Notes: generated from the letters alone by a model not told the origin. A stretch of 61,390 nucleotides of DNA from Candidatus Nomurabacteria bacterium (GCA_943359475.1 CALRHK010000002.1:1-61390), one strand, 5' to 3'; counted from the first letter of the stretch, positions 20,101-27,347 are shown. Translations and numbers: made by a program.

Positions 20101-20367
20101 CCTACCGGTCCGGCAGGTATTGAAGGTGAGCTGTGGGCATGGGTAGACAATATGTATCTTTTTGGAACTACACAAACGATTCAAGATCCAGGATTTGAAA
20201 TTGACGGTGGCCCAACTTCTCCATGGGAAGTACGACCAAATACGCTTTCAAGTATGTTCGTAAGTGAAATGATGCGTGGTGGTGAAATGTCATTCCGACT
20301 ACGTTTTGGTGATGGAACCTCTCCGTCTGGCACCAATGGGTACCTTTACCAGATCATCCAATTTTAG
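17116..20367 (+). CDS. Giant membrane-anchored or secreted multidomain surface protein
   Basis: 1083 aa with N-terminal TM. FN3 signatures are ILWDTD...TRYYFRIVSTDVAGN and SATLSWDAASDPSG. Ig-like segment: VTGVMTVTTSSADALSGVQKVV. Beta-helix-like repeats: VRITGLRIRG...HHNYFHD. PKD-like segment: ASFTASATVINEGDTITFDASAS...YTFTKPGYYDVELVV. A C-terminal jelly-roll-like domain follows. Confidence 0.7.
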   Translation: MRKLHKQFLTIAILIIAVALLISSVALNRQVQSLSRKLAALVSSGPTISNQIYINVTQTTATILWDTDRIATTQISLGTSATALNLLQEYNTPAQNSGSISHRYDLTNLSPCTRYYFRIVSTDVAGNKTTTSAYALDTHGCGQASGDATAPAPVTNLRVTNTTQTSATLSWDAASDPSGIYRYYIFGGNGTMGNRQQLAVVSGSLTTFTIEGLTVGTTYTGEYGATAGFMIQAVDNANNFSLPSGRITIVMPQPVSTAAPSTTTSAITGWWTNSQVSVPLVCTPGNGTTCTGTYYKFISNMASGCPAADPTVYLTGVTATTIDQGLYDLCFWSEASNGTRETPHRIGPFGLDKTKPTGQVTFPTTGSTVTGVMTVTTSSADALSGVQKVVLSIDSREAQTVTTPPYSFTVSTNSYTEGQHNVLISVYDNAGNSSSSSRIYFNVEVCQTLLTNGSTFSSKLNPTGDPIGGGKCYRNIISRTNAWRVVATKADLLSALAQATAGQIIYVDDSVTIDLTGSAPITIPGGVTLASGRGKSGSKGALLYSKSLYQTDTPLFTTGGDGVRITGLRIRGPYEGVGDHNYSAGIALGFKNNHNNTELDNNEFWAWQKWAVWLYKIGGANNQNGARVHHNYFHDTMNNGYGYHIWNGGAGSETNVLSTIEANLFGPSREVVDAHSGAHSYTFAHNVIMDNHLYRNILRHGGSECAGLRGLSGDVTKVIENLFFTKDVESVAIGTPRTTTGSNQIIDNWFSGSYASDSTQIPAAAGYCDSSTGAYSDLTPNQAIARDARIIVSGNHVNGQGRQLPVASFTASATVINEGDTITFDASASSDPLGSKIIHYRWRFADGEGAFSGGDNDSGYRANERWDVKSTTYTFTKPGYYDVELVVFNAYGIPSEKTYKKILVRPNTSRGTHVLTAWVKDSFDRSTMPGRYEHQLVLYDVVGTTLSNPIVVWRQDVNGAQGWIHPVVSLDGISGLSLTPGTKKAVAYRLMAVGNPTGPAGIEGELWAWVDNMYLFGTTQTIQDPGFEIDGGPTSPWEVRPNTLSSMFVSEMMRGGEMSFRLRFGDGTSPSGTNGYLYQIIQF

Positions 20368-20384
20368 GTCAAATGTAAAATGAT

Positions 20385-20414
20385 AAAAGCCGTCCAGTAG
20401 GATGGCTTTTATTT
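20385..20414 (+). terminator. Intrinsic terminator
   Basis: 9-bp stem AAGCCGTCC / GGATGGCTT (one G-U pair), loop AGTA, followed by TTTTATTT. Confidence 0.7.
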
Positions 20415-20446
20415 ATGGAAAGGAGAAAATATGCTATTGTAGCCCT

Positions 20447-20725
20447 ATGGAACAGAAAGATGTAGAAAAACTTGCTTCGCTTGCACGGATTGAAATTCCC
20501 GAGAATGAAAAAAAGGAATTTCTCGACAATCTGCAATCAATTCTCGGCTATGTGAGCCAAATACAAGAAGTAGCTGGGACAATGCCAGAGCGTACAGTAG
20601 GAACACTTCACAATGTGGTACGCGAGGATACGTCTCCTCGAGAGAGTGGGACGTATACTGAAAAAATTTTACAAGAAGCTCCTGCGACACAGGATGGATT
20701 TTTGAAAGTAAAACAGATTCTCTAA
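20447..20725 (+). CDS. gatC: Asp/Glu-tRNA amidotransferase subunit C
   Basis: MEQKDVEKLASLARIEIPENEKKEF... is a typical GatC N-terminus. The stop overlaps the gatA start context (TAATATG). Start trimmed from 20402, which lies in the upstream terminator. Confidence 0.88.
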   Translation: MEQKDVEKLASLARIEIPENEKKEFLDNLQSILGYVSQIQEVAGTMPERTVGTLHNVVREDTSPRESGTYTEKILQEAPATQDGFLKVKQIL

Positions 20726-20726
20726 T

Positions 20727-22145
20727 ATGATCGATCTTACAACACTTACAATTGAAACTGCTCACAAAGAGTTAACAAATGGTACGTATACAGTACGCGA
20801 ATTGGTGCAAGCATATCTAGATGAAATCAAAAAACGTGATGGCGATGTTCATGCGTATCTTGAAGTGTATGACGATGTCCTCAAAGAAGCCGACAGAGCA
20901 CAGGCAATGTTTACTGATAAAACAGCTACGCTTCTGACTGGTATCCCATGCGCACTCAAAGACAATATTCTCGTTGAAGGAAAACATGCAAGTGCTGGTT
21001 CTAAAATTCTCGAGAAGTATACCAGTGTGTATGATGCTACTGTCATAAAAGCGCTCAAAAAAGCGGGGGCGATTATTTTGGGACGAACAAATATGGATGA
21101 ATTTGCGATGGGTTCTTCAACACAGACATCAGCGTATGGTGTGACTCGAAATCCCTATGATCTCAGTCGAGTGCCGGGTGGTTCTTCTGGTGGTTCTGCT
21201 GCTGCACTTGCTGGCAATATGGCGCTTATGACACTTGGTACTGAGACGTGTGGCTCGGTGCGACAGCCAGCTTCATTTTGTGGACTTGTTGGTCTCAAGC
21301 CAACTTATGGTGCACTTTCACGTCACGGTATTATCGCAATGGGAAACTCACTTGACCAAGTTTCGCCATTCGGGAAAAAAGTTTCCGATGTTGAAATCGT
21401 ACACACAATGCTTGCACACTATGATCCAGAAGATGCAACATCAGTACCCGAGAATCTCCGTGTTCCACAGGGCAGACCAGGAGTAAAAAAAATTGGTGTT
21501 CCACGAAGTTTTCTTACAGGTGAAGGTATTGATCCTCGTACACTTCAAAATTTCGAACAGAGTCTTGAAAAGCTTAAGAACGCAGGATATGCAATTGTCG
21601 ATATTGATGTGCCTATTCTTAAATATTCACTTGCTGCGTACTACGTGATTATGCCCGCTGAAGTTTCGACAAACCTCTCACGTTTTGATGGTATTCGTTA
21701 TGGCTTTAGTGCTGAAGGAAAAAATTTGATGGAAGTCTATACGAAAAGCCGCGGACAAGGTTTTGGTAAGGAAGCTCGCAGACGTATTCTACTTGGTACG
21801 TACGTACTCTCTCATGGTTACTATGATGCGTATTATATGAAAGCACTTGAAGTACGTGAGCAAATCAGCCGAGCACTTCGCGATGCATTTAAAGAAGTTG
21901 ATTTGATTGCTACACCAACAACTCCATCACCAGCATTTAAGATTGGTGAGAAAATGGATGACCCTGTCGCTATGTATTTGTGTGACGTCTTTGCTGCACC
22001 AGCAAATCTTGCTGGCATTCCAGCACTCGCACTCCCCTCAGGAATGACCGAAGATGGTTTACCACTTTCGATTCAGTTCATGGCTCCTCACTTTTCTGAA
22101 CAGGCGCTCTTTGAAGTAGGGAAGAAATTTGAGACAATACGTTAG
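20727..22145 (+). CDS. gatA: Asp/Glu-tRNA amidotransferase subunit A (amidase signature family)
   Basis: 472 aa. Amidase signature GGSSGGSAAALA, Ser-cisSer-Lys context, GatA-type length. Confidence 0.93.
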   Translation: MIDLTTLTIETAHKELTNGTYTVRELVQAYLDEIKKRDGDVHAYLEVYDDVLKEADRAQAMFTDKTATLLTGIPCALKDNILVEGKHASAGSKILEKYTSVYDATVIKALKKAGAIILGRTNMDEFAMGSSTQTSAYGVTRNPYDLSRVPGGSSGGSAAALAGNMALMTLGTETCGSVRQPASFCGLVGLKPTYGALSRHGIIAMGNSLDQVSPFGKKVSDVEIVHTMLAHYDPEDATSVPENLRVPQGRPGVKKIGVPRSFLTGEGIDPRTLQNFEQSLEKLKNAGYAIVDIDVPILKYSLAAYYVIMPAEVSTNLSRFDGIRYGFSAEGKNLMEVYTKSRGQGFGKEARRRILLGTYVLSHGYYDAYYMKALEVREQISRALRDAFKEVDLIATPTTPSPAFKIGEKMDDPVAMYLCDVFAAPANLAGIPALALPSGMTEDGLPLSIQFMAPHFSEQALFEVGKKFETIR

Positions 22146-22146
22146 T

Positions 22147-22722
22147 ATGCAAGAAAGCCTCAGTACTCCAAACTACATCAACCTCGAGTACTTCTTCTAT
22201 AAAATATATGTGTTTCTCGCCAACATTTGGCATTTTTTGACGCGACCGGATGTACTTGCAGTTTTTAAGTTTATTGCGCAAGTCTTGATTGTGGTTGGTT
22301 TTGCACTCATTTTTTACTGGCTCATTCGTCTTGAGGAAATGAAAAAAGAACGTAATGAGAAGTTACGAAAAGTAATCATTCCTGAAACAGACGACGATTA
22401 TACTGATCCACGATTACGACAAATCACTGCACACCTTGTGTCAGACAATCCATCTGATTGGAAGCTCGCGATTATTGAAGCTGACGTTATTCTCGATGAA
22501 GTCGTTGCACGTATTCGACCTATGGGACAAAACTTAGGTGATCGTCTCAAGAGTATGAATCGTGCCGAACATCCGTGGCTTGCTGCTGCGTGGGAAGCAC
22601 ACGTAGTACGAAATCGTATCGCACATGATGGTTCAGCGTTTACGATTTCTCGTACCGAAGCTCGTAGGATAGTTGGACTCTATCAACAAGTCTTTGAAGC
22701 CTTGGGCGTTCTCGGTAAATAG
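22147..22722 (+). CDS. Membrane-anchored hypothetical protein with C-terminal helical domain carrying an R-x4-H (HEPN/DUF4145-like) motif
   Basis: TM region VLAVFKFIAQVLIVVGFALIFYWLI. The C-terminus is WEAHVVRNRIAHDGSAF. The ATG at 22147 is 1 nt after the gatA stop. Confidence 0.4.
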   Translation: MQESLSTPNYINLEYFFYKIYVFLANIWHFLTRPDVLAVFKFIAQVLIVVGFALIFYWLIRLEEMKKERNEKLRKVIIPETDDDYTDPRLRQITAHLVSDNPSDWKLAIIEADVILDEVVARIRPMGQNLGDRLKSMNRAEHPWLAAAWEAHVVRNRIAHDGSAFTISRTEARRIVGLYQQVFEALGVLGK

Positions 22723-22731
22723 TGATAAATG

Positions 22732-22756
22732 AAAGAGCGCAATAGGCGCTTTTTTC
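22732..22756 (+). terminator. Intrinsic terminator
   Basis: AGCGC-AATAG-GCGCT followed by a T-run. Confidence 0.6.
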
Positions 22757-22812
22757 TATGTGTGGTCAAGCAGACCAGATAACTTTTTTTGCTATACTTA
22801 TGGTATATCGCT

Positions 22813-23697
22813 ATGGATAAAGAAGCATTACAGAACGAAATCGAACAACTCGAGTTACATATGTCTGAACCAGATTTTTGGGCAGACAAAATGCACGCGC
22901 AAAGTATTATCCGCCAAATTGGAGAGTTGAAAGAGAAGCTCACTGGTATTGGCAAGTATGACAAAGGGCCAGCAGTGCTCACGATTTTCTCTGGAGCTGG
23001 CGGTGACGATGCCGAAGATTTCTCTGCGATGCTCTTGCGAATGTACGAAAAATTTTGCGCACGAAAAGGATTTTCACTTACGCTACTGCATCGCAATGAA
23101 AATGATCACGGTGGCGTACGCAATGTCACAGTGTTAGTTTCTGGACGTGGTGCATATGGTATACTAAAAAATGAGTCGGGAGTGCATCGTCTTGTCCGTA
23201 TTTCTCCATTTAATGCAAAGAAGCTTCGTCATACATCATTCTCACTTGTTGAAGTCATTCCAAAATTTGAAAAAGCTGATGCCTCAGATATCGAAATTCC
23301 CGAAACTGATTTGAAAGTAGAATTTGCACGTTCAGGTGGTCCCGGTGGTCAAAACGTCAACAAGCGTGAGACTGCTGTGCGTATAGTACATCTACCGACA
23401 AATTTGTCGGTGCATGTAGATACCGAACGAAGCCAAGAACAAAATCGTGCACTTGCACTCGAACTCTTGCGCGCGAAACTCTACAAGCGCATCGAAGAAG
23501 AGCGACAAGCACACATCAAAGGTATGCAAATCTCAAAGACGACTGATATTGAGTGGGGGAATCAGATTCGTTCGTACGTACTCCATCCGTACAAGATGGT
23601 CAAAGACCATCGCACGGAAATCGAGACGAGTGATGTAGACGCAGTACTTGAAGAAGGTGCAATCGATGCTTTTATTGAAGCTGAAAAAGATTTATAA
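22813..23697 (+). CDS. prfB: Peptide chain release factor 2, short form, no programmed frameshift
   Basis: SPF tripeptide (RISPFNA), GGQ (SGGPGGQNVNKRETAVR), RF2-type domains 2-4. The start MDKEALQ... at 22813 gives about 294 aa. Confidence 0.88.
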   Translation: MDKEALQNEIEQLELHMSEPDFWADKMHAQSIIRQIGELKEKLTGIGKYDKGPAVLTIFSGAGGDDAEDFSAMLLRMYEKFCARKGFSLTLLHRNENDHGGVRNVTVLVSGRGAYGILKNESGVHRLVRISPFNAKKLRHTSFSLVEVIPKFEKADASDIEIPETDLKVEFARSGGPGGQNVNKRETAVRIVHLPTNLSVHVDTERSQEQNRALALELLRAKLYKRIEEERQAHIKGMQISKTTDIEWGNQIRSYVLHPYKMVKDHRTEIETSDVDAVLEEGAIDAFIEAEKDL

Positions 23698-23699
23698 CT

Positions 23700-24380
23700 A
23701 TGATTTACTTTAATAACGTTACAAAAATATATCCCAAGGATTCACCAGCCGTCGAAGATGTAAATTTGACGATCAATGCAGGCGAGTTCGTCTCGCTCGT
23801 GGGTCATTCAGGTGCGGGCAAAACCACACTTATCAAGCTGATTCTCGCTGAAGAAAAGCCAACTGCAGGTACGGTCTTTTTTGAGTCACTCGATATTCAC
23901 AAACTCAAAGATACCGATCTTACCAAGCTCCGTAAGCGAATCGGTACTGTCTTTCAGGATTTCAAATTGTTGCCAAATAAAACCGCCTATGAAAATATTG
24001 CATTTGCAATGGAGGCAGCAGGAAAGAAAGATGAGGAAATTGCTTCAGATGTGCCACACGTACTTGAACTCGTTGACCTCTCACCAAAAATGCATCATTT
24101 CCCACACCAAATGTCTGGCGGGGAACGTCAGCGACTTGCGATTGCGCGTGCGATTATCAATCAACCAGAACTCATCATTGCCGATGAGCCAACCGGAAAC
24201 CTCGACCCTATCAATACATATGAAGTTGTGCAGATTTTGAAAAAAATCAACGACTTGGGAACGACGGTACTTTTGACCACTCACAACCGTGGTGTTATCG
24301 ATTCGATTGGCAAGCGTGTGATTACCCTCGAAAAGGGCAAGATAGTACGCGATGACAAAGATGGTAAGTATTCAATTTAA
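23700..24380 (+). CDS. ftsE: Cell division ABC transporter ATP-binding protein FtsE
   Basis: Walker A GHSGAGKTT, signature MSGGERQR, Walker B LIIADEPTG. It is followed by ftsX. Confidence 0.9.
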   Translation: MIYFNNVTKIYPKDSPAVEDVNLTINAGEFVSLVGHSGAGKTTLIKLILAEEKPTAGTVFFESLDIHKLKDTDLTKLRKRIGTVFQDFKLLPNKTAYENIAFAMEAAGKKDEEIASDVPHVLELVDLSPKMHHFPHQMSGGERQRLAIARAIINQPELIIADEPTGNLDPINTYEVVQILKKINDLGTTVLLTTHNRGVIDSIGKRVITLEKGKIVRDDKDGKYSI

Positions 24381-24389
24381 TTAATTACA

Positions 24390-25313
24390 ATGGGAATTAC
24401 AAATATCAAAAGAATATTTCGTGCAGGCTTCATTAATTTTTGGCGTAATGGTTCTGTTTCGCTCGCATCAATCCTTATTTCGACTGTGACTCTCTCGGTG
24501 ATCACGGCACTCATTTTCTTGCAAGCGATTTTAAATTTTTCACTCACACAGGTCAAAGACAAGGTTGATGTTACTATCTATTTCACTACGACAGCATCTG
24601 AAGACAAAATCCTTGCACTCAAATCTTCTATCGAGAAACTTCCTGAAGTTGCGCTCGTAGAATATACATCACAAGAAAAAGCACTCGAAGATTTCAAGGC
24701 TCGTCATGCAGATGACTACCTCACCCTCCAGGCTCTCGACGAGCTCAATGAAAACCCACTCGGTGCTACACTCAACGTCAAAGCACGAGAGACTTCTCAG
24801 TACGAGAGCATTGCCAAGTTCTTGCAGGGGGATAGTGCACTCACACAAGATTCGAGCGGTATCATCGACAAGATTAATTACAATCAGAACAAGGTGGTTA
24901 TCGATCGTCTCACCTCTATCATCGACGGTGCGCAGAAGCTCGGCTACGCCGTGACGCTCGTATTGATTGGTATTTGTATTTTGATTACATTCAATACGAT
25001 TCGTCTCACGATCTATATCGCACGTGAAGAGATCGGTATTATGCGTCTCGTAGGAGCATCAAATACATACATCCGTGGACCGTTTCTCGTGGAAGGTATG
25101 GTCTATGGTGTGCTCTCATCATTCATCACGATGCTCATTTTCTGGCCGGTGTCAGCGTGGCTTGGTTCACACATGACTGATTTCTTTGGTATGAATATCT
25201 TTGACTACTACACTTCAAATTTCTTTCAGATTCTTCTCATCTTGATCGGTACGGGTATTATTCTTGGCTCAATTTCATCAGGGCTCGCTATTAGACGCTA
25301 TCTTCGTAAATAG
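24390..25313 (+). CDS. ftsX: Cell division permease-like protein FtsX
   Basis: N-terminal TM, large extracytoplasmic domain, three C-terminal TMs. It lies downstream of ftsE. Confidence 0.85.
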   Translation: MGITNIKRIFRAGFINFWRNGSVSLASILISTVTLSVITALIFLQAILNFSLTQVKDKVDVTIYFTTTASEDKILALKSSIEKLPEVALVEYTSQEKALEDFKARHADDYLTLQALDELNENPLGATLNVKARETSQYESIAKFLQGDSALTQDSSGIIDKINYNQNKVVIDRLTSIIDGAQKLGYAVTLVLIGICILITFNTIRLTIYIAREEIGIMRLVGASNTYIRGPFLVEGMVYGVLSSFITMLIFWPVSAWLGSHMTDFFGMNIFDYYTSNFFQILLILIGTGIILGSISSGLAIRRYLRK

Positions 25314-25314
25314 T

Positions 25315-25665
25315 ATGACAGAAGGAAGGCAGGTTACAGTGCGTTTTCGTGCTACCAACAAAGATATTTTTGACGCGATTCGCACAGGAAAGAAAAAAGT
25401 TGAAACTCGTGCCGGAACAAAAAAGTATATACGACTCGTACAAGGGGACGTGCTTGTGTGTGTTTGCGGTAAGGAAAAGCTTGAAAAGAAAATCACCAAG
25501 GTAACTCACTCCAAGACACTCGCAGGTCTCCTGAAAAAATATCGCCCGAGTGCGATTACTCCCTGGGCAAAGACTTCCAAAGAGCTCGAGGCTATATACT
25601 ATAGTTTTCCTGGCTACAAGGAGAAAATAAAAAAGTTTGGCATTGTTGCCTTTGAGATAAAATAA
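25315..25665 (+). CDS. ASCH (PUA-like) domain protein
   Basis: FDAIRTGKKKVETR is a typical ASCH N-terminal motif. The ATG at 25315 is 1 nt after the ftsX stop. Confidence 0.6.
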   Translation: MTEGRQVTVRFRATNKDIFDAIRTGKKKVETRAGTKKYIRLVQGDVLVCVCGKEKLEKKITKVTHSKTLAGLLKKYRPSAITPWAKTSKELEAIYYSFPGYKEKIKKFGIVAFEIK

Positions 25666-25674
25666 AAAAGCCCC
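25651..25674 (+). repeat. Direct repeat copy 1 (gene tail TTTGAGATAAAATAA + AAAAGCCCC)
   Basis: 24 nt, matching 25793-25816 with one mismatch. An 18-nt exact core lies at 25657-25674. Confidence 0.9.
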
Positions 25675-25792
25675 TGCTCGATATGGTGGTCGAAGGATAC
25701 AGGGGCTAGTAAATCATGATCAAATTAAAGTGCTTTAGTGAGTGTATTATGATTTTATAAAGATGTCAAGTATACAAAATTTTGTGCATTTC

Positions 25793-25816
25793 TTTGAAAT
25801 AAAATAAAAAAGCCCC
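25793..25816 (+). repeat. Direct repeat copy 2
   Basis: TTTGAAATAAAATAAAAAAGCCCC, followed as in copy 1 by a long-loop hairpin (25811-25844). Confidence 0.9.
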
Positions 25817-25955
25817 CTCGTTCTGGTTAAACGATAAAGGGGCTCGAAGATCGATTCAGACCGATTTGAATCGCGTGTAACTAATCTTTTCCAATCATAA
25901 ACCAAATTGATAAAACACTCAAATGTGCTATATTTTCGAAGGTACGAATACATAT

Positions 25956-26029
25956 TGGGAGATCGTCTAATGGTAGGACGTATGCCTCTGGAGCATACTA
26001 TCTAGGTTCGAGTCCTAGTCTCCCAGCCA
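25956..26029 (+). tRNA. tRNA-Gln (anticodon CUG) with encoded CCA
   Basis: Acceptor TGGGAGA/TCTCCCA (U1:A72), anticodon stem GTATGC/GCATAC, loop CT-CTG-GA, T-arm CTAGGTTCGAGTCCTAG, 3' GCCA. Confidence 0.92.
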
Positions 26030-26087
26030 GTTTTTAAGCCTAAAAATCAGGATGTAAGTTTTATAGCTACTTTGCTATAATTTCCTC

Positions 26088-26276
26088 ATGAAATCTGATG
26101 TAAACAAAAAACTAAAAGATGGTGCTAAGTGTAAGGTTGTTGCTGGTACTCACATAGGTAAATCTGGAATAGTGCAAGATATCAATACCAGCAAGACCGG
26201 GGCAGTAACGATAACCGTATTACAGACTAATGGTGTCCGATTTAAAACTCTCGCAAAAAATGTTGAGATAAAGTAG
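26088..26276 (+). CDS. Small KOW-motif protein
   Basis: 62 aa. GAKCKVVAGTHIGKSGIVQDI fits a KOW motif. A perfect extended -10 (TGcTATAAT, 26073-26081) ends 6 nt before the ATG. Confidence 0.55.
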   Translation: MKSDVNKKLKDGAKCKVVAGTHIGKSGIVQDINTSKTGAVTITVLQTNGVRFKTLAKNVEIK

Positions 26277-26286
26277 CTGTGAGAGG

Positions 26287-26304
26287 CGAGCCCTAGTCTC
26301 CCAG
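26287..26304 (+). repeat. Partial copy of the tRNA-Gln 3' end (att-like scar)
   Basis: CGAGCCCTAGTCTCCCAG versus tRNA 26009-26026 CGAGTCCTAGTCTCCCAG, 17/18 identical. Confidence 0.85.
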
Positions 26305-26379
26305 AAGGTTAGCTTAGTATTAATAAGCGAATGATAGGTAAAAATAAACTAATAATTATCAACTTAATTAATTTTTTAC

Positions 26380-26760
26380 ATGGCCACAGCAACATATATC
26401 TTCTTGTTTCTTTTAATTCTCTTGATACACGGGCTTATCTTATTTGGCGTTGCTAAAATATTTAAAGTAAAAAGTTTGACCCTCAAACAGTCGATTATTA
26501 TTACAGGTGCTTCCACGATAGTTACTTTTATCGGAGTGATTCTTTTGCAGGTATTGTTCTCAATATTTGGTTTACAGGATTCTGTGCTGTTGCTGTTATT
26601 AAGTTATTGCATAACGTTACTGGCGTTTGTTTTATTTTTTAAAAAATATCACACAATAGAAAAACAAAAAATAATACAAATTTTTATTATTTATTTTATA
26701 TTCGCTAAATGTTTTGGTTGGATTTTAGCGTACTTTGGGTTAAACGTCCCATTGCAATAG
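26380..26760 (+). CDS. Hypothetical polytopic membrane protein
   Basis: 126 aa, four hydrophobic segments, very AT-rich. No recognisable motif. Confidence 0.5.
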   Translation: MATATYIFLFLLILLIHGLILFGVAKIFKVKSLTLKQSIIITGASTIVTFIGVILLQVLFSIFGLQDSVLLLLLSYCITLLAFVLFFKKYHTIEKQKIIQIFIIYFIFAKCFGWILAYFGLNVPLQ

Positions 26761-26885
26761 TTTTGGCCAAGAAAATACTCATATAAATCCATAGTGTATT
26801 TCCTAGTCCTTTATGTAGAGTCCTCCACCTTTCCCCGGGTCTAAAACCAGCATATAATAGTGCTATTATCATAGCTTAGATTTTT

Positions 26886-27341
26886 ATGACAACAATACTC
26901 ATCGTAGGGATTATAGGTTCGATTATTAGCGCAGTAGTGGGAACATTGTGGTATTCAAATGCAACGCCGATGGGCAAGTGGCATATGCAATATCTTGGTT
27001 TTGATAAGCTTTCAGATGAAGAGAAGCAGAAATTGATTGCTGAGGCAAAGCCCAAAATGTGGAAGGCATACTCTGCCCAAATGTTCCTCTCATTCCTTAC
27101 CGCCTTTTTTATTGGATTCGTTACAAAATATACGATTCAAAATGGGGGACCAGCAAATGCGGTCTACAGCTATGTGCTTATGATTTGGGTTGCTTTTACT
27201 GTGCCGATGATTGGTCAGAATATTCTCTGGGGTAAAACAGAAGGGAGTCTCGCTTGGAAAAGATTTATTTCAGATTGTTTGAGTAATTTGTTAACGCTCC
27301 TCATTGTGACGTACATCGCATCGCTTATTATAAAAGGCTAA
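26886..27341 (+). CDS. DUF1761-like membrane protein
   Basis: N-terminal TM ending GTLWYS..., then a PMGKWHM context and further TMs, as recalled for DUF1761. Confidence 0.5.
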   Translation: MTTILIVGIIGSIISAVVGTLWYSNATPMGKWHMQYLGFDKLSDEEKQKLIAEAKPKMWKAYSAQMFLSFLTAFFIGFVTKYTIQNGGPANAVYSYVLMIWVAFTVPMIGQNILWGKTEGSLAWKRFISDCLSNLLTLLIVTYIASLIIKG

Positions 27342-27347
27342 TACTCT

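Noticed and set aside
22723-22812. Search for the canonical prfB +1 frameshift site (short upstream ORF ending CTT TGA C)
   Set aside because: The upstream region holds a terminator hairpin and promoter-like boxes. No in-frame leader ORF or CTTTGA motif is present.
22813-23697. Possibility of a recoded genetic code (TGA as sense), as in some CPR lineages
   Set aside because: An RF2 with intact SPF and GGQ motifs is encoded. TGA terminates well-supported genes (32479-32481, 42479-42481, 44550-44552). All long ORFs are intact under code 11.
25747-25953. 68-aa minus-strand ORF in the ASCH / tRNA-Gln intergenic region
   Set aside because: It spans the second hairpin/repeat element, has low-complexity composition and has no start context. 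It is more likely noncoding.
26801-26826. Possible third, degenerate copy of the tRNA-Gln 3' end (TCCTAGTC ... GAGTCCTCC)
   Set aside because: There are only two short, split matches of 8-9 nt. This is too weak to call without statistics or comparative data.
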